61,850 nt of DNA from Bigelowiella natans CCMP2755. Its lineage: Eukaryota; Protista; Cercozoa. The position numbers were made by a program, and so were the translations under genes. A model generated the notes under the pieces. The model made no database searches and was not told the DNA's origin. It was given only the letters and a program-made list of their open reading frames with translations. Shown here piece by piece: positions 39,851 to 52,778 of the stretch; within the stretch, counting starts at the first letter, position 1, and every line of letters begins with the position of its first letter. The stretch is from positions 1 to 61,850 of the forward strand of contig ADNK01001575.1 in assembly GCA_000320545.1 (NCBI GenBank), written 5' to 3'.

Positions 39851-40860
39851 TGAAAGGACAAAACGAACCGTTTTCACCAACTCCCAGAGATGACCGCAAC
39901 CTTGCTAGCATGGGTCTCGTGTGCATGCACCAGCAGTGCAAACCCAGTTCTTCTTCGCTGGCTCGTTGGGTGGCGGGCCAATTGGAAGCGGAAACCAATG
40001 AATGAGCTGGCACGTTGCTTTCAGCTAGTCAAGTTCGATTCCAAAAAGAAACGAACGAACACTTGCGAGTTTGACGTTGTTCGTTGCGTCAAGTGCTGGC
40101 AGCTCCAGCAGAGCATGTCGCTGCGGCACAGCAAACAAGAACTGAGCCAAAGCATTGCTTCTTTCATTTCACTTTGTGCATCCCATTGTTCTCGCATTCC
40201 GCCAGCATTCCAACTAGCTAGTTGCCGAGTTGTGTGTTGCACTCAGTCAGCTTGCTGGCCGGACTGATCTGGTGGTGGACATGACAACGCAAACACTGCG
40301 TGCCAGCGTGCGGTGCAGATGATGCAGAGAGCTAGATGGTGCTAGAGCGCAGACCATTTGTAACTGCTAGACTGCGCAAAAAAATCGATCGCTGCACTAG
40401 AACAGCCATTGGTTCACTAGGTGGCTCCACTAGCTCCAGGCTTTGTTTTTCAATCTGCACTGACAGACTAGCAAAAGCACTCAAACTTGTCTGAATCGAA
40501 GCGCACATGTAAATGGCATGTGTCTAGATGTGACCACGTGCTAGCGTGGGTCATCTGGTGTCGTGTCAGCTTGCAAACTGTAGATGGAACAGATCAACGT
40601 GAAAACATGCCGAACACAGAGCATCCATGTTTTCGTCTCGGCAGCCCTAGAGTCGAAACTGAAACTAGCATGCAACACGACACAGACACGCCAAGCTAGC
40701 AAGTGCATGAACAACACAAGAGCATGGTATTGCTGTGTCTATTATGAGCACGAACATGACAGAGCTAGAGAGTACGGTGATCATTGCAATTCTATATTCG
40801 CGGGCGTAACAAACTTAGATGCGATGCAGGCATGCTAGCATGACACGTGTCTAGATGTGT
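39851..40860. other. TpA-purged, CTAG-rich tract (strongest example)
   Basis: 39851-40720 has 19 TpA, 16 of them in CTAG, and none outside CTAG in the first about 500 bp. Confidence 0.9.
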
Positions 40861-40900
40861 GGAAACCCGATGAATATGCCTATCTTCCTAACAAGAACAA

Positions 40901-43525
40901 TCACTTCTTTGCCATAGAAATGAGATCATCGATCGCAACAGGTTTCCACGCTCCGCCCCCCCCTGCTGCCGCTACGTGAACATATATCACTTGGCCCTTG
41001 ATATAAATGTTGCAGCGGCCAAACAAGTACACGGGACTGCCGTCTCGATACCCTTTTTTGGGGTTTGGTAAGAACTCAACGCCAACTTTGGCAGCAAATC
41101 TCTCAAGCGCCTCCTTGAAGCTTGTTCCAGGTGCTGCTCCCCCGGCAGCCCGGGCCGCAGCCGCACGTAGCTGTTTGGCTTCGGCCTTTCTTCTTGAGGA
41201 GATCGCAGCAGCACTAGCGGCAGCTGCTGACCCCTCTCCTGCCAATGCGGCCTGTTCCCGAAGAGCCGCTTTCTGCTGTTGAAACTCGCCGGCTAGCGTC
41301 TTTAGAATAGGATCTAACGATTTGCCGGAAACAGCCGCTCCCATCAGCTCTAGACCGCGCTTTAGGTGCGTTTTGACAACTCTGTGCTTCAATAGAGCAG
41401 GGGGGAATAACCCTTTCCAGCCCTTGTACCACTTCGCTACCTCTTTGAATTTCTCCTTCTTCTTTTGGTCATTTTCAGCCGGTGCCTCGAGCCACGACTT
41501 CAGCGCCAATATCCACTTCGGAAAGAAGTCGTTGAGGAGCATGGAGTCGAGTGCGTGGTTGGGCAGAACATCGTTCCAGGCTACGATGGCAAGAAATAGG
41601 CTGGGGTCCTCCTTCTTTGGATTTACTGAGATTTTTGTTGCAAGCGCTCGCAGCTTTGGAAGGATAAAGCGAGCTAGGAACTCCCAAAGATCGCCCGTTT
41701 GCTTCCACAAATTCGTCCAGGGTTTGATGAGAATCAGCGCGGATTTGTCCTTCGCCTTCCATTGCCGCAAGGCCTGCCCCAGCTTACTCCTGACGGTGGT
41801 GAACATAGGTTCGAGGAGGTGTGGCGGGAGAATATCAAGCCATGGATGAACCCATTTATGCACTGGGAGAGGGTCCTTCGTCGGTTGCCACTGTGAAAGC
41901 TCTGACTTCAATCGAGGTGATACCACCTCCGTTAGCACGAACATGTACATGCTCCGAGGTAGGGCAGGGCGGATGTTATCGAGGAGGGAAATTGGTCCTT
42001 CAAACTGCCTCACAGGCGTTGTGGAGAGGGCAATTTGAATGGATGACATGACGCAGTCTTCCAGCAGTTCCTGGTATAGCTTTGCACTGTGGCCTGCGCC
42101 CCCGCCCTCTAACACTCGCCTCCACTGTCTAAGTAACGGCACGAGCTCCGCAGTCGTAATGGTGTTGGGGGAGGATCTTGCCTGGAATGGTTTCCATCTT
42201 TTCAGTGCCTTCTTTAAAGCTTCCGCTCCTAATGCATATGCTACGCGTGCAACACCATGCAACTTATATTCAAGCTCGTGTTTCTCACATAGGCTACTGA
42301 AGGCGTCAACCAGAATCTGAGCCGCACTGAGCGGCCACGTGCTCACCGAGGCGGTCTCTTCGGAGTCTTCTCGCGCCTTCTTGATGACATCGAGGAGGGA
42401 CTCGAGATTCGCAGCTTCGGATTTCTGTTTTTCCACTCGCTGTGCCAGCTTCTCTCTCTGGTCCTCTAGCTTATCAACGGTCTTTTCTGCGGTCTTTTTC
42501 GCGGTGATGATTTTCCTCACTTCGCTCTCCGTGTGCTCGACCAGAGCATCCATATTCCATCGGAGTTCTGGTAATGTACTGGCAGAACCCGTAGGGGTCC
42601 ATCCATCGCCCTCCCCGCCCATTCCTCCGCCGTCCTCTACAAGCTCTCCCACCTTGTTGAGGCTTGTGACTCTTACGTGAGGGCCACGCATATCGATGAC
42701 CAGTTCTGGAGCCGCCCTCTGCTCCTCCTCATCCTCATGCTCCTTTCCAATCTCATCTACGCTCTTATACACGCGCTTTGTCTTTTTTTTACCATCGCGC
42801 TTCCAATTCTTACCTACTGCAGGGCGTCTTAATGCCTTTTTCCGACGTCGCTCCTGAGCAGCTCTTTCTTCTGCATCGTTGTCATCGTCCCCGCCATCCA
42901 ACTCAGCCTGAGTCATATTCGCCCTCTCCTTGAACCCTCCATACCCCAGCCCCATCATCTGCGGTCTCTGTTTGGTTTTTACGGGATTCACAATACCGTT
43001 TCCATGTCGTCCAAGCGCGCCGCCTTTGTAGCCCATTTTCGCTAGCATACGCATACCGAGCCCGCCCGAGAGCTTCTGAAACGATGCGAACTCCTTATCG
43101 GTCTTCACCTTTTTAGGTTTCTTTTTCTGCTTATCCTTCCCCGATCGCGCTGCTTCTTCACGTTCCCGGCGCTCTTTCTCAACACGCCGTTTCCTCCTCA
43201 ATTCTAATCGGGTCATGTTCGCCTCGTCTTGAGATGCGTCTGCGCCCTCCTCGTCCTCTTCCATAGCCTGTCGCCCATCCTCGCCACCTCGCTCATCCCC
43301 CTTATACTTGTTTGCTACATCCGCGGATTTGTAAAGATCTCCCCCGACAAAACTAACTGGCTTGGCAAGGCTCGCAGATTGCACTCGCTTGCTCCGCCGA
43401 TTCTCTTCGAAGTTTCCAAACACACCGTATACAGCTTCCTCCTTTGTCTGCACCCTACTCTCGCGTTTCGATTCAGCGTAAAACTCACCATCAATCCACA
43501 CACCACCTACATAGTCTTCTGACAT
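40901..43525 (-). CDS. TFIP11: Tuftelin-interacting protein 11 / Ntr1 spliceosome-disassembly factor, single exon
   Basis: N-terminal TIP_N motif (GVWIDGEFY...QTKEEAVYGVF), G-patch (GLGMRMLAKMGYKGGALGRHGNGIVNPV...GLGY), LPELRWNM, GCFC-type domain with HKWVHPWL and WYKGWKGLFP; ATG at 43525. Confidence 0.95.
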   Translation of the reverse strand: MSEDYVGGVWIDGEFYAESKRESRVQTKEEAVYGVFGNFEENRRSKRVQSASLAKPVSFVGGDLYKSADVANKYKGDERGGEDGRQAMEEDEEGADASQDEANMTRLELRRKRRVEKERREREEAARSGKDKQKKKPKKVKTDKEFASFQKLSGGLGMRMLAKMGYKGGALGRHGNGIVNPVKTKQRPQMMGLGYGGFKERANMTQAELDGGDDDNDAEERAAQERRRKKALRRPAVGKNWKRDGKKKTKRVYKSVDEIGKEHEDEEEQRAAPELVIDMRGPHVRVTSLNKVGELVEDGGGMGGEGDGWTPTGSASTLPELRWNMDALVEHTESEVRKIITAKKTAEKTVDKLEDQREKLAQRVEKQKSEAANLESLLDVIKKAREDSEETASVSTWPLSAAQILVDAFSSLCEKHELEYKLHGVARVAYALGAEALKKALKRWKPFQARSSPNTITTAELVPLLRQWRRVLEGGGAGHSAKLYQELLEDCVMSSIQIALSTTPVRQFEGPISLLDNIRPALPRSMYMFVLTEVVSPRLKSELSQWQPTKDPLPVHKWVHPWLDILPPHLLEPMFTTVRSKLGQALRQWKAKDKSALILIKPWTNLWKQTGDLWEFLARFILPKLRALATKISVNPKKEDPSLFLAIVAWNDVLPNHALDSMLLNDFFPKWILALKSWLEAPAENDQKKKEKFKEVAKWYKGWKGLFPPALLKHRVVKTHLKRGLELMGAAVSGKSLDPILKTLAGEFQQQKAALREQAALAGEGSAAAASAAAISSRRKAEAKQLRAAAARAAGGAAPGTSFKEALERFAAKVGVEFLPNPKKGYRDGSPVYLFGRCNIYIKGQVIYVHVAAAGGGGAWKPVAIDDLISMAKK

Positions 43526-43689
43526 CGTACTCGGCGGCAATCAAGCGTAACGATCTCGCAACCTAAGTTCACCACAATTTCCGTGTTGTGTTAGTACTCT
43601 GGCTTGCTCGATCTCCTCTTCCCGCTGCTCTTACCCAACCTATAATTACCCCTCACTATTATTTTTGTTGATGCGTCTTACAGTGTTGC

Positions 43690-44800
43690 AGATGGTCGTC
43701 GCCAGGCTTCGGAGTACCGTGCTATATCTGTGTGCTCGAGGTTGCGGAATCCTCCATCAAGCGCTGGTTTTCATCGGCGCGAGGAAGAACTCGAAAGCTT
43801 TCTAATAATTACATACGACATAATTTTTATGCTAAAAAGTATATAAATGCCAGGCGTTTGGAACAAGGAAAACAACGAGGGTTTAACCACAGAGACGGGT
43901 CTATTTGACCAGATAAAGCTTAGGTGGATGTTCCTTGTCGTTTCCCATGAAAATCACCTGGATTCATGAAATTTCGGAGAAAAGATATGATTTCTCAGAC
44001 CGAGAAAGCCACGGTGCTTTGACAAAATCCGACCTTATCTTCAGGATTTAGCTTATAAAGGGATGTCGTATACTCTATAGGAGCTATATTATTTATTTTG
44101 GCTATGGAATTTGCCAATATCTATATCTCACGAGTTCTGTTGGATCTACCGGTTACGAAGCTTTTTATGTGGTAAGTGGAGCTGCTACGCTTGTGGCTCT
44201 AGTCTGCAGCATGTGCCATGCATTAAGCGCTCGGAGAAGTATCTTACGCGCCCCTTAGGGTCTCACATCTTCCAGCAATCAAAATTTTCTCTTTTGGTGG
44301 CATGATGCTATGATGGAGGCCAAATGCTTCCTTGTCGAACTTGTAATGTTTTTCAATCGGCGAAGTGGTGTCTTATAATTGTCCTCTAAATCGTCAACTT
44401 GCAGGGTCCTTGGCACGGTACGAACAAGCTGACATGTCAGTAAAGCTGCGAAAAGTTGATGAAGTGGGGGAGAAGATACAGGTTCGTGCTGATGTATGTT
44501 TGCTCGGTACACACTACCAAAAATGGCTGATTTTTCCGACTATGAAGGTACTGAGAAAAGTCAATGTTTTTCACTCCTTATTGTTTAGCATTCGGTGCGA
44601 TCTACTGTTGGTGCAAGCTCCGAGGAAAAGAAAAAGCAGCCAGTGAATGCGCTTTGCGAGTCAGGCAAATTGCCCGATTTGTCGTTATCACAGTCCCCTT
44701 TCTTAAGGGGGAAAAAGTCTCACACACGACTGGAGAGAAGCAGGAGCGACACCCTAACAGAGGTGCTTTTGTATGTGGATAGATGTGATCGTGATTGTAA
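43690..44800 (+). CDS. Possible short spliced gene divergent from TFIP11, unknown function
   Basis: Several AG/GT-bounded open segments (44260-44342, 44405-44481, 44590 onward); no domain recognised. Confidence 0.25.
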
Positions 44801-45799
44801 CACGTAGTTCCTCTTCGAAACCTTAGAGTCAATATAAGATATTGTGGACGTACGACAAAAATGCTCCTACAAGACAGGTAAAAAGTCATTGCGATGGCTA
44901 GAAAACTGTTATAAATTGTTTCTCCCTAAATTTCCCCGAGCCACAGCATCAATAATTTACCCCAAATCTTGGAATTGCAATGGAAAATCCTTGAATTTAC
45001 CATTGTTACACGAGATGCTCTAACTCTCTCCACTTCCCCGTTCGCTCCCCCCCCCCCCCTCATATAATTGCTTCAGGCGGAAAGGAGAAAAGCAAGAAAG
45101 CGAGAGAACGAATCGAGTGCATTGCAATGCTTTCATTGTGAGAAACGCTTCGGCCTCCAGAGGGTGGGACTAGAGCGTTAGGAAGCTTAACCCAAAATAT
45201 TCGCCATTTAACACCGAAACCTATCGGTGTTTCTATATCTATCGTAGGCCCGTCGTTTATGCAAAGAATGCGACCGCCATATTTGCTTCAAATGCCAGGC
45301 TCCCAAAGGGTGGGTATATTGTGTCACAGTGGGAGAATGCGATTGATGATGCTCAATGAATTTTGTCCTCAATATCAAAGGATCGCTTATTTCTTCGCAA
45401 GCAACTTCACGATTCTAGCGCATATGTTCCTTCCCCTTGTGTGTTCCAATCGTTGTTCAGACAAATTTCTGACCACTCTGTATTATCCGAACCTACCCTC
45501 CCCCCTCCCTCTTTTATTTCAAAGGAAACTGTGTGTATCATGTCATATTCGATTGGAGCTACGGGTAGGTGTATATAGCAGAAGAGCTCTAGAGAGATGG
45601 GTTTTTAAAAATCAAATGGGAAAATGTCAGTGTGTGGCCCTTCCATGTGTGCCGCATATGTTCGCAAAAGCATATCTTTTGGGGGGTTGTATGCGCTCAC
45701 TGTCATTCTTGTTTTCCTTCTTCTGTGCTCAATGTGAAAACACTCTTTCCGCGGGTGCGGTTCAAAGACCCACGGCAGCTCGGTTGGCCAAATAAAGGG

Positions 45800-45835
<36 letters not shown>

Positions 45836-46868
45836 AATAGTAGGAGGAGGAGGAGGAGTAGTAGTGTTTGAGCATCTAATATATTGTAGAGGTATAACAG
45901 GAACACAAATACTTAAACTCTTCGTTGCCTCGTTGATCTATACATACTAGCCTGCAATACTGCATTGTGGGAGATTCCATCACAGAGTCAGATTTGCATT
46001 ATTTCATTTATTTTAAAGAAATTCTCGTCTCTTAGTGCAGATCATGGTTTGATTATCATCGCCATTATCAATTCCTATTATTTCCAAAGGTTCATAATAC
46101 ACTACTGCAATCGAGAGAAGCAAATAGCCGAGGACAGACGCAACGGTTTGGCCGATTTCATATCATTAGTAAAAAGCACAAATAAATGATGAGTAATGAT
46201 GACAAAGACCCATCTGGCGGACCTAAAGGGGATAATAAGTGATTTTACAAACACCATCATCCTTTTGCGTTGATATATATATTGGAAATTGCTTTCTGGA
46301 GGCGATTTGATGATTTGTTGCCAATGTTGCCGTCAATGTTTGCCTCCCCCCTCTTCTCGGGTAAATCCCATGCCGACCGTCTACTTATCTTATGCCTCGC
46401 ACAATGGGTTGGGTAGCATGGTAGAAGAATAGGTAGCGATTCTGTCATTTACTGGCTTCTCACTCTCTCCCCCCCCCCCCCCCCCCCCCCTTATCTGTTT
46501 TCTGCCTCGTCGTCGTCTTCGTTCTTAGCGCATAAGCAAATCTCCGAGCTCAAAAAGGAGTCTTCGCAAATGGGTAATACGATAACACCTACCCTCTCAC
46601 AAACAGTAGCGTGCATATGTGCGTGTGTGCGCGTACGCATGTTGCTTTCAAAAGCGCTCGAAAGATGACTCTTTCTTATGTAGCTCTCGACGTGGAATCG
46701 CACAACTGTGAGCTAAAGAAATCTGTCGCGTCATTGAGGGATTTGCAGTAATAACACCTCTCCCCCCTCCTCTGCAACAACTGCTTGCCATACCAATCGT
46801 TATTCTATGTTGTTCTTTACCACTCTTTTTGAAATCAATTAAGTGCTTAAGAGCTCTTATTGTCCTAG

Positions 46869-46939
<71 letters not shown>

Positions 46940-47662
46940 TTAAATTTCACAATATATGACCGACAAGTGATACGTCAAGATGCCTCTTAACAGCGCTAGT
47001 AATTCGATGATCTCCCCCCTATGATGGCAAAATCGTATCGTTTTCCTTTCCAAATTACGAATCGCAAATAGCCAATCACCCCCCCCCCTTCACACCGTTG
47101 TCATAGCCAATCATCATCCCCATGACTTCTCCCCTCCGCCACCTCCTCTCAACTACAGCTCGCAAGTTGGATTCGTGGCAAATGTGCTCGTACCTGGCAA
47201 TCCTAACAAGATGTGGGCATGGGTTCGGTACGGTAAGGACCCCATACCATCATAAGTGGGGAGGACGGTTATTTTTGGTTTTTTTGGGTGCATCCAATAT
47301 GTTCAGGGAAAGTTTTTGTGGTGTTTCTTTTTATAACCCCGGGGGTTATGTTAAGCCATGAGGAAAAGGGATTAAGGAGTGAGTTGTGTTTTGGTTAAAA
47401 AGAGAGGGGTTTCTTCTTTTTGTCTTAATCACGCATAAACCTATCATCATCGTCAATTCGGCATCTTTCTCTCAACCCCCTCCTCCCCCCCCCCCCCCCC
47501 CTCCTTCGAAATGCATTATTATTGTTATTATATCTTAGCCGGCTGCTTGTATCGACTGATAAAGGCATTCTGTCACTAGTGCATCCAAATGGTAGTGGTA
47601 GTAGTAAGTAGTAGTAGTAAGTAGTAGTAGTAGTTGCAGGAATGTGCTCTCTATCCATACAA

Positions 47663-47701
<39 letters not shown>

Positions 47702-48124
47702 GTGTGTGTGTGTAAGTGTGTGTGTGTGTGTATTATCATACTCGCCTAAGCATAATATAGAGAGTGGTGATGTTGTATCCATTGCCATGACGGTGTCTGC
47801 AAGACGGCAAAAGAAATCAAACAAACATCTAGTCGTGCAACTGAACATGCATTTCTCTGGATGGAGAGCATCACCACCACCACCACCACCACCACCACCA
47901 CAATCATCATCATCATCGGTTTATATTAGGGCAGGATCTTTACTTTGCCCGACCCATCGACTGCGTAGCGTCTGTGCAAGGTTTTCTTCAGCTCTTGTTC
48001 TTCCATTGAGAAATAGAGCTCGATTCGATCATTCTTAGTACATGCGCCGAGTCCTTTTCCTCCTCCTCCTCCACCACCACCTCCTCCTTCTCGCCATCGT
48101 CATCGTTATCGGCCAAAGTTCTTA

Positions 48125-48780
48125 TTGTTCGTCGTGATCGCTCTGTCCATCCTGCGTATCTTTGTAGTTGGGCGTGTGAGTGCTACTCTGGTATCTGAAG
48201 TAAAGAGCGCAGAGGATTTGGAAGGAAAGGTGCAGAGAGGGAGGGGGGGAGGGGGAGGGGGGGGGAGCGCTTCATCCAGAGCAATGCAATGCCATCAAAA
48301 ATCTGTTTAGAAGTGTTTTGCAATTGAAATGATACTCTATCGTAACATAGGTGGGAGGAGGAGGAGGCGAAAAGGAGGCTATAGATGCAAACTCACCCAT
48401 CAGTGACTCCAAAACAAAATTGGAGAACAAAGTCTCAGCAGCTCCAAAACCAAGCGACACACCACCTAACACAGATCATACGAATCCACACACCGCGGAG
48501 GTAAAGCAGGCTCGGTGTGATGATGATGATGATGATGATGATGATGGTGGTGGTGATGATGATAATTTAAGTGAATTAATGACGCTGCAGAAGAAACATA
48601 AGAACATAAGAGAGAGGACGATGCTCGAATGTTAAAGCAAATGCGTTTTGCTGTGTGATTACAACACACACACACACACACACATACGCATTCCATCGTT
48701 TATCAGGAGCAGATCAGCATAAAGACACTAGAAATTCGTTGGTCTCGAGACCCTGCGACCAACAAAGTAATCGGACAACG

Positions 48781-48824
<44 letters not shown>

Positions 48825-49561
48825 TATAAATATATCAACGTGTGTGTGTGTGTGTAGATGTGTGAGTGGAGGAGGGGGGAGGGGAGGTTGAGCACCATTC
48901 AGAGACGTCTGTTTCTAATGATTTGCCTCTGCTACTACTACCACTAAAAACAATAGGAGCGCTATCCTATGACAAGACTAGTTGTTCTGCCGACGTATTC
49001 CAAGGGTGCGGTACCATTCATCCCACGCAAAAAGAAGAGTATTCAATGCGTATCTTGTCACCAGGGAATGCTTTTATGACTCGAGGAGGAAGGGGAGAGT
49101 TGTTAATGCCTGTTGTCCTCCTCTTTTTCTTATTCTCCCTCTTTTTCTCCTTCGGCGTCTTTTTCCATGCTGCTGCTCTTGGGGGCGATTTCCGGGCTCT
49201 CTCCTTTGCGTTTTTTATGCAGATGCGAGATCCCCGCAATGGTGCGGGGGGCCTGATTTTGATGTGAACTAATGAATGCACGCAGAAGAGGAAGGGGGGG
49301 GAGATTACGGAAGGAGAACGACTACCAGGGGGGGGGTGAGGAAGAGCAGAGTCGTCGCTGCTCATGCTAGCAGCAAGAATGCCGCCTCGGCATATGAGAC
49401 TCCCAGCAGCCCGGATACCCCCCCACCTCCGCCGCCTCCTATAAATAACATGTTTCGGCCAGTAAGACCTTCTGATGAGGGGGGAACGACGACTTCTCAG
49501 GTTGATGATGTCGCTCATGTCAAGTCTCTATCATCATTTTCTGCCAATTGTTGGTGATATC

Positions 49562-49610
<49 letters not shown>

Positions 49611-50741
49611 TGTGTGTGGAAATATGTCTAGAGGCGGGGGAGTTAAAGGGGGGATTTGGAGGTTGGGCGACGATGCATCGATTTAACATGGTATTCTGAT
49701 CTTCCTCAGGCCCCTTCTTCCAATGGAAAGGATAACTACAACGACGAGACGTCCTCTCCGTCTAAAGATCCCCCCCCGCCTCCCCCCACTTCCCGTGCTT
49801 CCTTTATCAGCTCTTCGACCCCAGCCATAGAGTTAGTAAAGGAAAGACGGGATATTCCTCCCTCTCCAACGGGCATCGCTCCCCCCCCTCCCCCTGTAAG
49901 CCAAAACCGGGCTTCAATTACAGTTGCGGGGGGGACGTTAGATGAAACCCAAATAGCGGAAAGCAAGACTGGCAGTAGAATGAAAACAGTAGACGGCGAG
50001 GAAGATAATGCTCCTGTCTCGCCGGCCATCTCTCCTCCCCCCCCCCCCCCTCCGGCCGAAGCGACCGAGAGGGTGAAGGGCCAACACCGCCGCAAAAGCA
50101 TTCAAGATAGAATATCCGAGACCGGACGCAGGATGACTCAAACCGGTGCTATCATAAGAGCTGTTTCTGCAAGTAGAAGGTAGGGGCGCTCTCCCCCTCC
50201 CACCCCCTCGCTGCCGCCATCAACGCCGCAAGAAGAAGAGGACAACATAAAAACAGAGATCGCACTCCGGAGGCGGCCAGCAGCAACCTTTCTTCTTCTT
50301 ATTCTCGTACATTCTGCTTAATAAGGGCTTGTTGTTGTTGTTGTTTGTTGTTGTTGTTTGTTGTTCTCCCCGTGTTTCTCTGCAGGCATCGGCGATCCAC
50401 TCTGCGAGAGTCCTGGGCCAGTTCTCCTCGCGGATCTCGGAAGAGGCGCGAGACGAAGGAGGGGGGGGTATGGCTAGATCGACATGAGGTAGAAATCATA
50501 CTTCCGCGCTGATATGTGTCGTGAGAATGATTGCAGTACAGCAGCGGTCTCTCTCTCTCGCTCTCTCTCTTTCTCTGATTGCCCATGGATAATAAATAGC
50601 GACGAAAAACAATGAGATATTAAAAAATACGGATATTGCAAAATTTACAGGTGATTGCGTCGTTGAAAAATCAGCGACTCCGAGCTCTCGAAAACCTCAA
50701 AGCAGTAATACTTCTCAATAAATACTTAACAATCACACGCA

Positions 50742-50780
<39 letters not shown>

Positions 50781-51030
50781 GCACACTCACGGGAAAAGGA
50801 GGATGGTAGAGGAATGGTGGCGCATACAGCAGATGAACAGCCCCCTCCGGTTTCTTCCTTCCAAGGCAGCCGCTGCTTCGCTCACTGTAACAATAACAGG
50901 TCTGGAAGATGCGAGAAAGGATGAAGAAAGCTGTCAAGACAGCTGTTACGTGGGAGGTTCAGGAGCATGAGGTAGCAATACCACTCGCTAATGGTTCATG
51001 CGTATTGCGAATCATTGGTTCTTAGTGGGA

Positions 51031-51067
<37 letters not shown>

Positions 51068-51590
51068 AAGAGCGTAGAAATAGTTGATTTGATGTTTTGC
51101 GAGCTTAGCTGTCAGGAGCCATCATCATCATCATCAACAACATCAAACATCCCCCAAAATCGTCATCTTCAAAGGCCCATCTTCACATTTTATGGCATTT
51201 TGCCTTTAGGCATCATCGACTCACAGCCCGCACTGGTGGAAAATCAATACCCCGTGTGCACTGCTGGTAATACATAGCTTCAGCAGCTCATTCCGTTTGA
51301 CCCCTCCCCCCACCCCATTGTAGTCGCGATTGTAAATCTGCGCAGATCATGCAGCATGGCTCCTAAGTGATGCTTTGAATAAGACATCTTTTTTCGCCGT
51401 TTGTACGTGCGTTTTTCAGGAATTGCAATATCAGCGCATCTTTCAACTTTCCTGGGGATCCCTGTTATTACGCTGCAAAAGACTGGGCCGGTGGCATTAG
51501 GTGAAACAGAAGAGAAAAGCCAAGGGAAGGGGGGGGAGGGGGGGGTGTTGTGACGAAAATGCGTATAAAATATGTATATTTATACTATAC

Positions 51591-51622
<32 letters not shown>

Positions 51623-51822
51623 GCGATAATTACACTGTCGCAGGCATAGCAGATAGCAACTTGGCAAAGGCAATTGCACGTTCTGTCGGTCCCGATGAGT
51701 TTGCAGCGGAGGGACTTTTCTTCGAGTTATTCAGTGTGATGATGAGGGTAGTAACATATCATATCAAACGGCTGGCAGCAGCGTCAGATATTCATTACAC
51801 GACGTTGTGATTCCCATCCGCC

Positions 51823-51858
<36 letters not shown>

Positions 51859-52024
51859 TTGCAAATTGGGTTAGGTGCTAGACTCTCGATGGAAGTCAGT
51901 GAAGGCAACCTACTTCGATTTCAATCGGATTTTGGGGGAGCTCAGCGATGAACTGTCGGTCTTGTTAGACAAGAATCCGTACCATTTTTCCCACATAGTG
52001 AAGCAGCTTCTGGTTAAAGTGTAG
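48125..52024 (+). CDS. Multi-exon protein with a Pro/Ser-rich N-terminal region and a C-terminal ELMO/CED-12-like domain; start uncertain
   Basis: Exons NQYPVCTAG / IAISAHLSTFLGI / LFFELFSVMMR / VLDSRWKSVKATYFDFNRILGELSDELSVLL match the ELMO domain C-terminal consensus (YPFAVAGINIT...W....ATYMDFN); stop at 52022-52024. Confidence 0.7.
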
Positions 52025-52778
52025 AAGGCCATCTGTGTACATGTGAAAGGATATACGCATGCATAGTCGGTACCAGCTATATATATATTGAACCTATATA
52101 TTGAGAACTTCGTGTGTTCGTGTGTGTGTGTGTGTGTATGTAGTGTGGTTATAGCAAAGATGTAGATAATTGTCAACTAGTAAGGGTATACTCGCTGCTG
52201 TGTTCCTTTTGTGCTACACACGTATTTAACGTAATAAGTAAAATATGACAACTTCGTGACAGACATTATTTGCACCCGCATGCCAACACATGGCATCATC
52301 GCGTTAAATTCAGCGTTTCATATGTTACATTAGTCGTGCAGCTACCAAATGCAGCAGCCTGTATAGCTCGCCTAGCGGCTGCGAAGAGTGGCCAGGATGA
52401 TAGATAAGGATCTAGAGGATGACCATTGTATAATCATTGAAAAAAAATCATCGTTTCATTATACATCGTATTCGTCTTACATAACACGTATCATAGCTTA
52501 ACATACTAGCATGGTCAGCAGTGGTGCATTGTGTGCGAGTGCGGCGGCTAGTAGGCACACAGGCGCAGCAGCTCCATGGAGCTACGCTAGCTACGATACG
52601 CTACGTAGCTAGGTAGGTAACGGGTATTATTACTTGTGGGTCATTCTAGCATTACGTTCATGCCTAGCTAGCTAGATGCGTGATCTAGTGCAGTCATGCA
52701 CGTGTCACATGCGCACATGCAATGTCTCTGTTGCACACTTGGATCTTTTTGTATTTGCGCTGCATTTTTGTTCGTGTT

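Noticed and set aside
39851-40720. CpG methylation decay or classical RIP as the cause of the CA/TG excess
   Set aside because: CpG is plentiful and TpA is lost; CpG decay would deplete CG and RIP would increase TpA.
39816-40838. Short ORFs in purged tracts (also 17952-18338 and 38868-39472)
   Set aside because: They are Tyr-poor and Cys/His-rich, as expected for by-products of TpA depletion, and show no homology cues.
40987-43522. ORFs overlapping TFIP11 (and those antisense to gag-pol and the amidoligase)
   Set aside because: These are shadow frames of well-supported genes.
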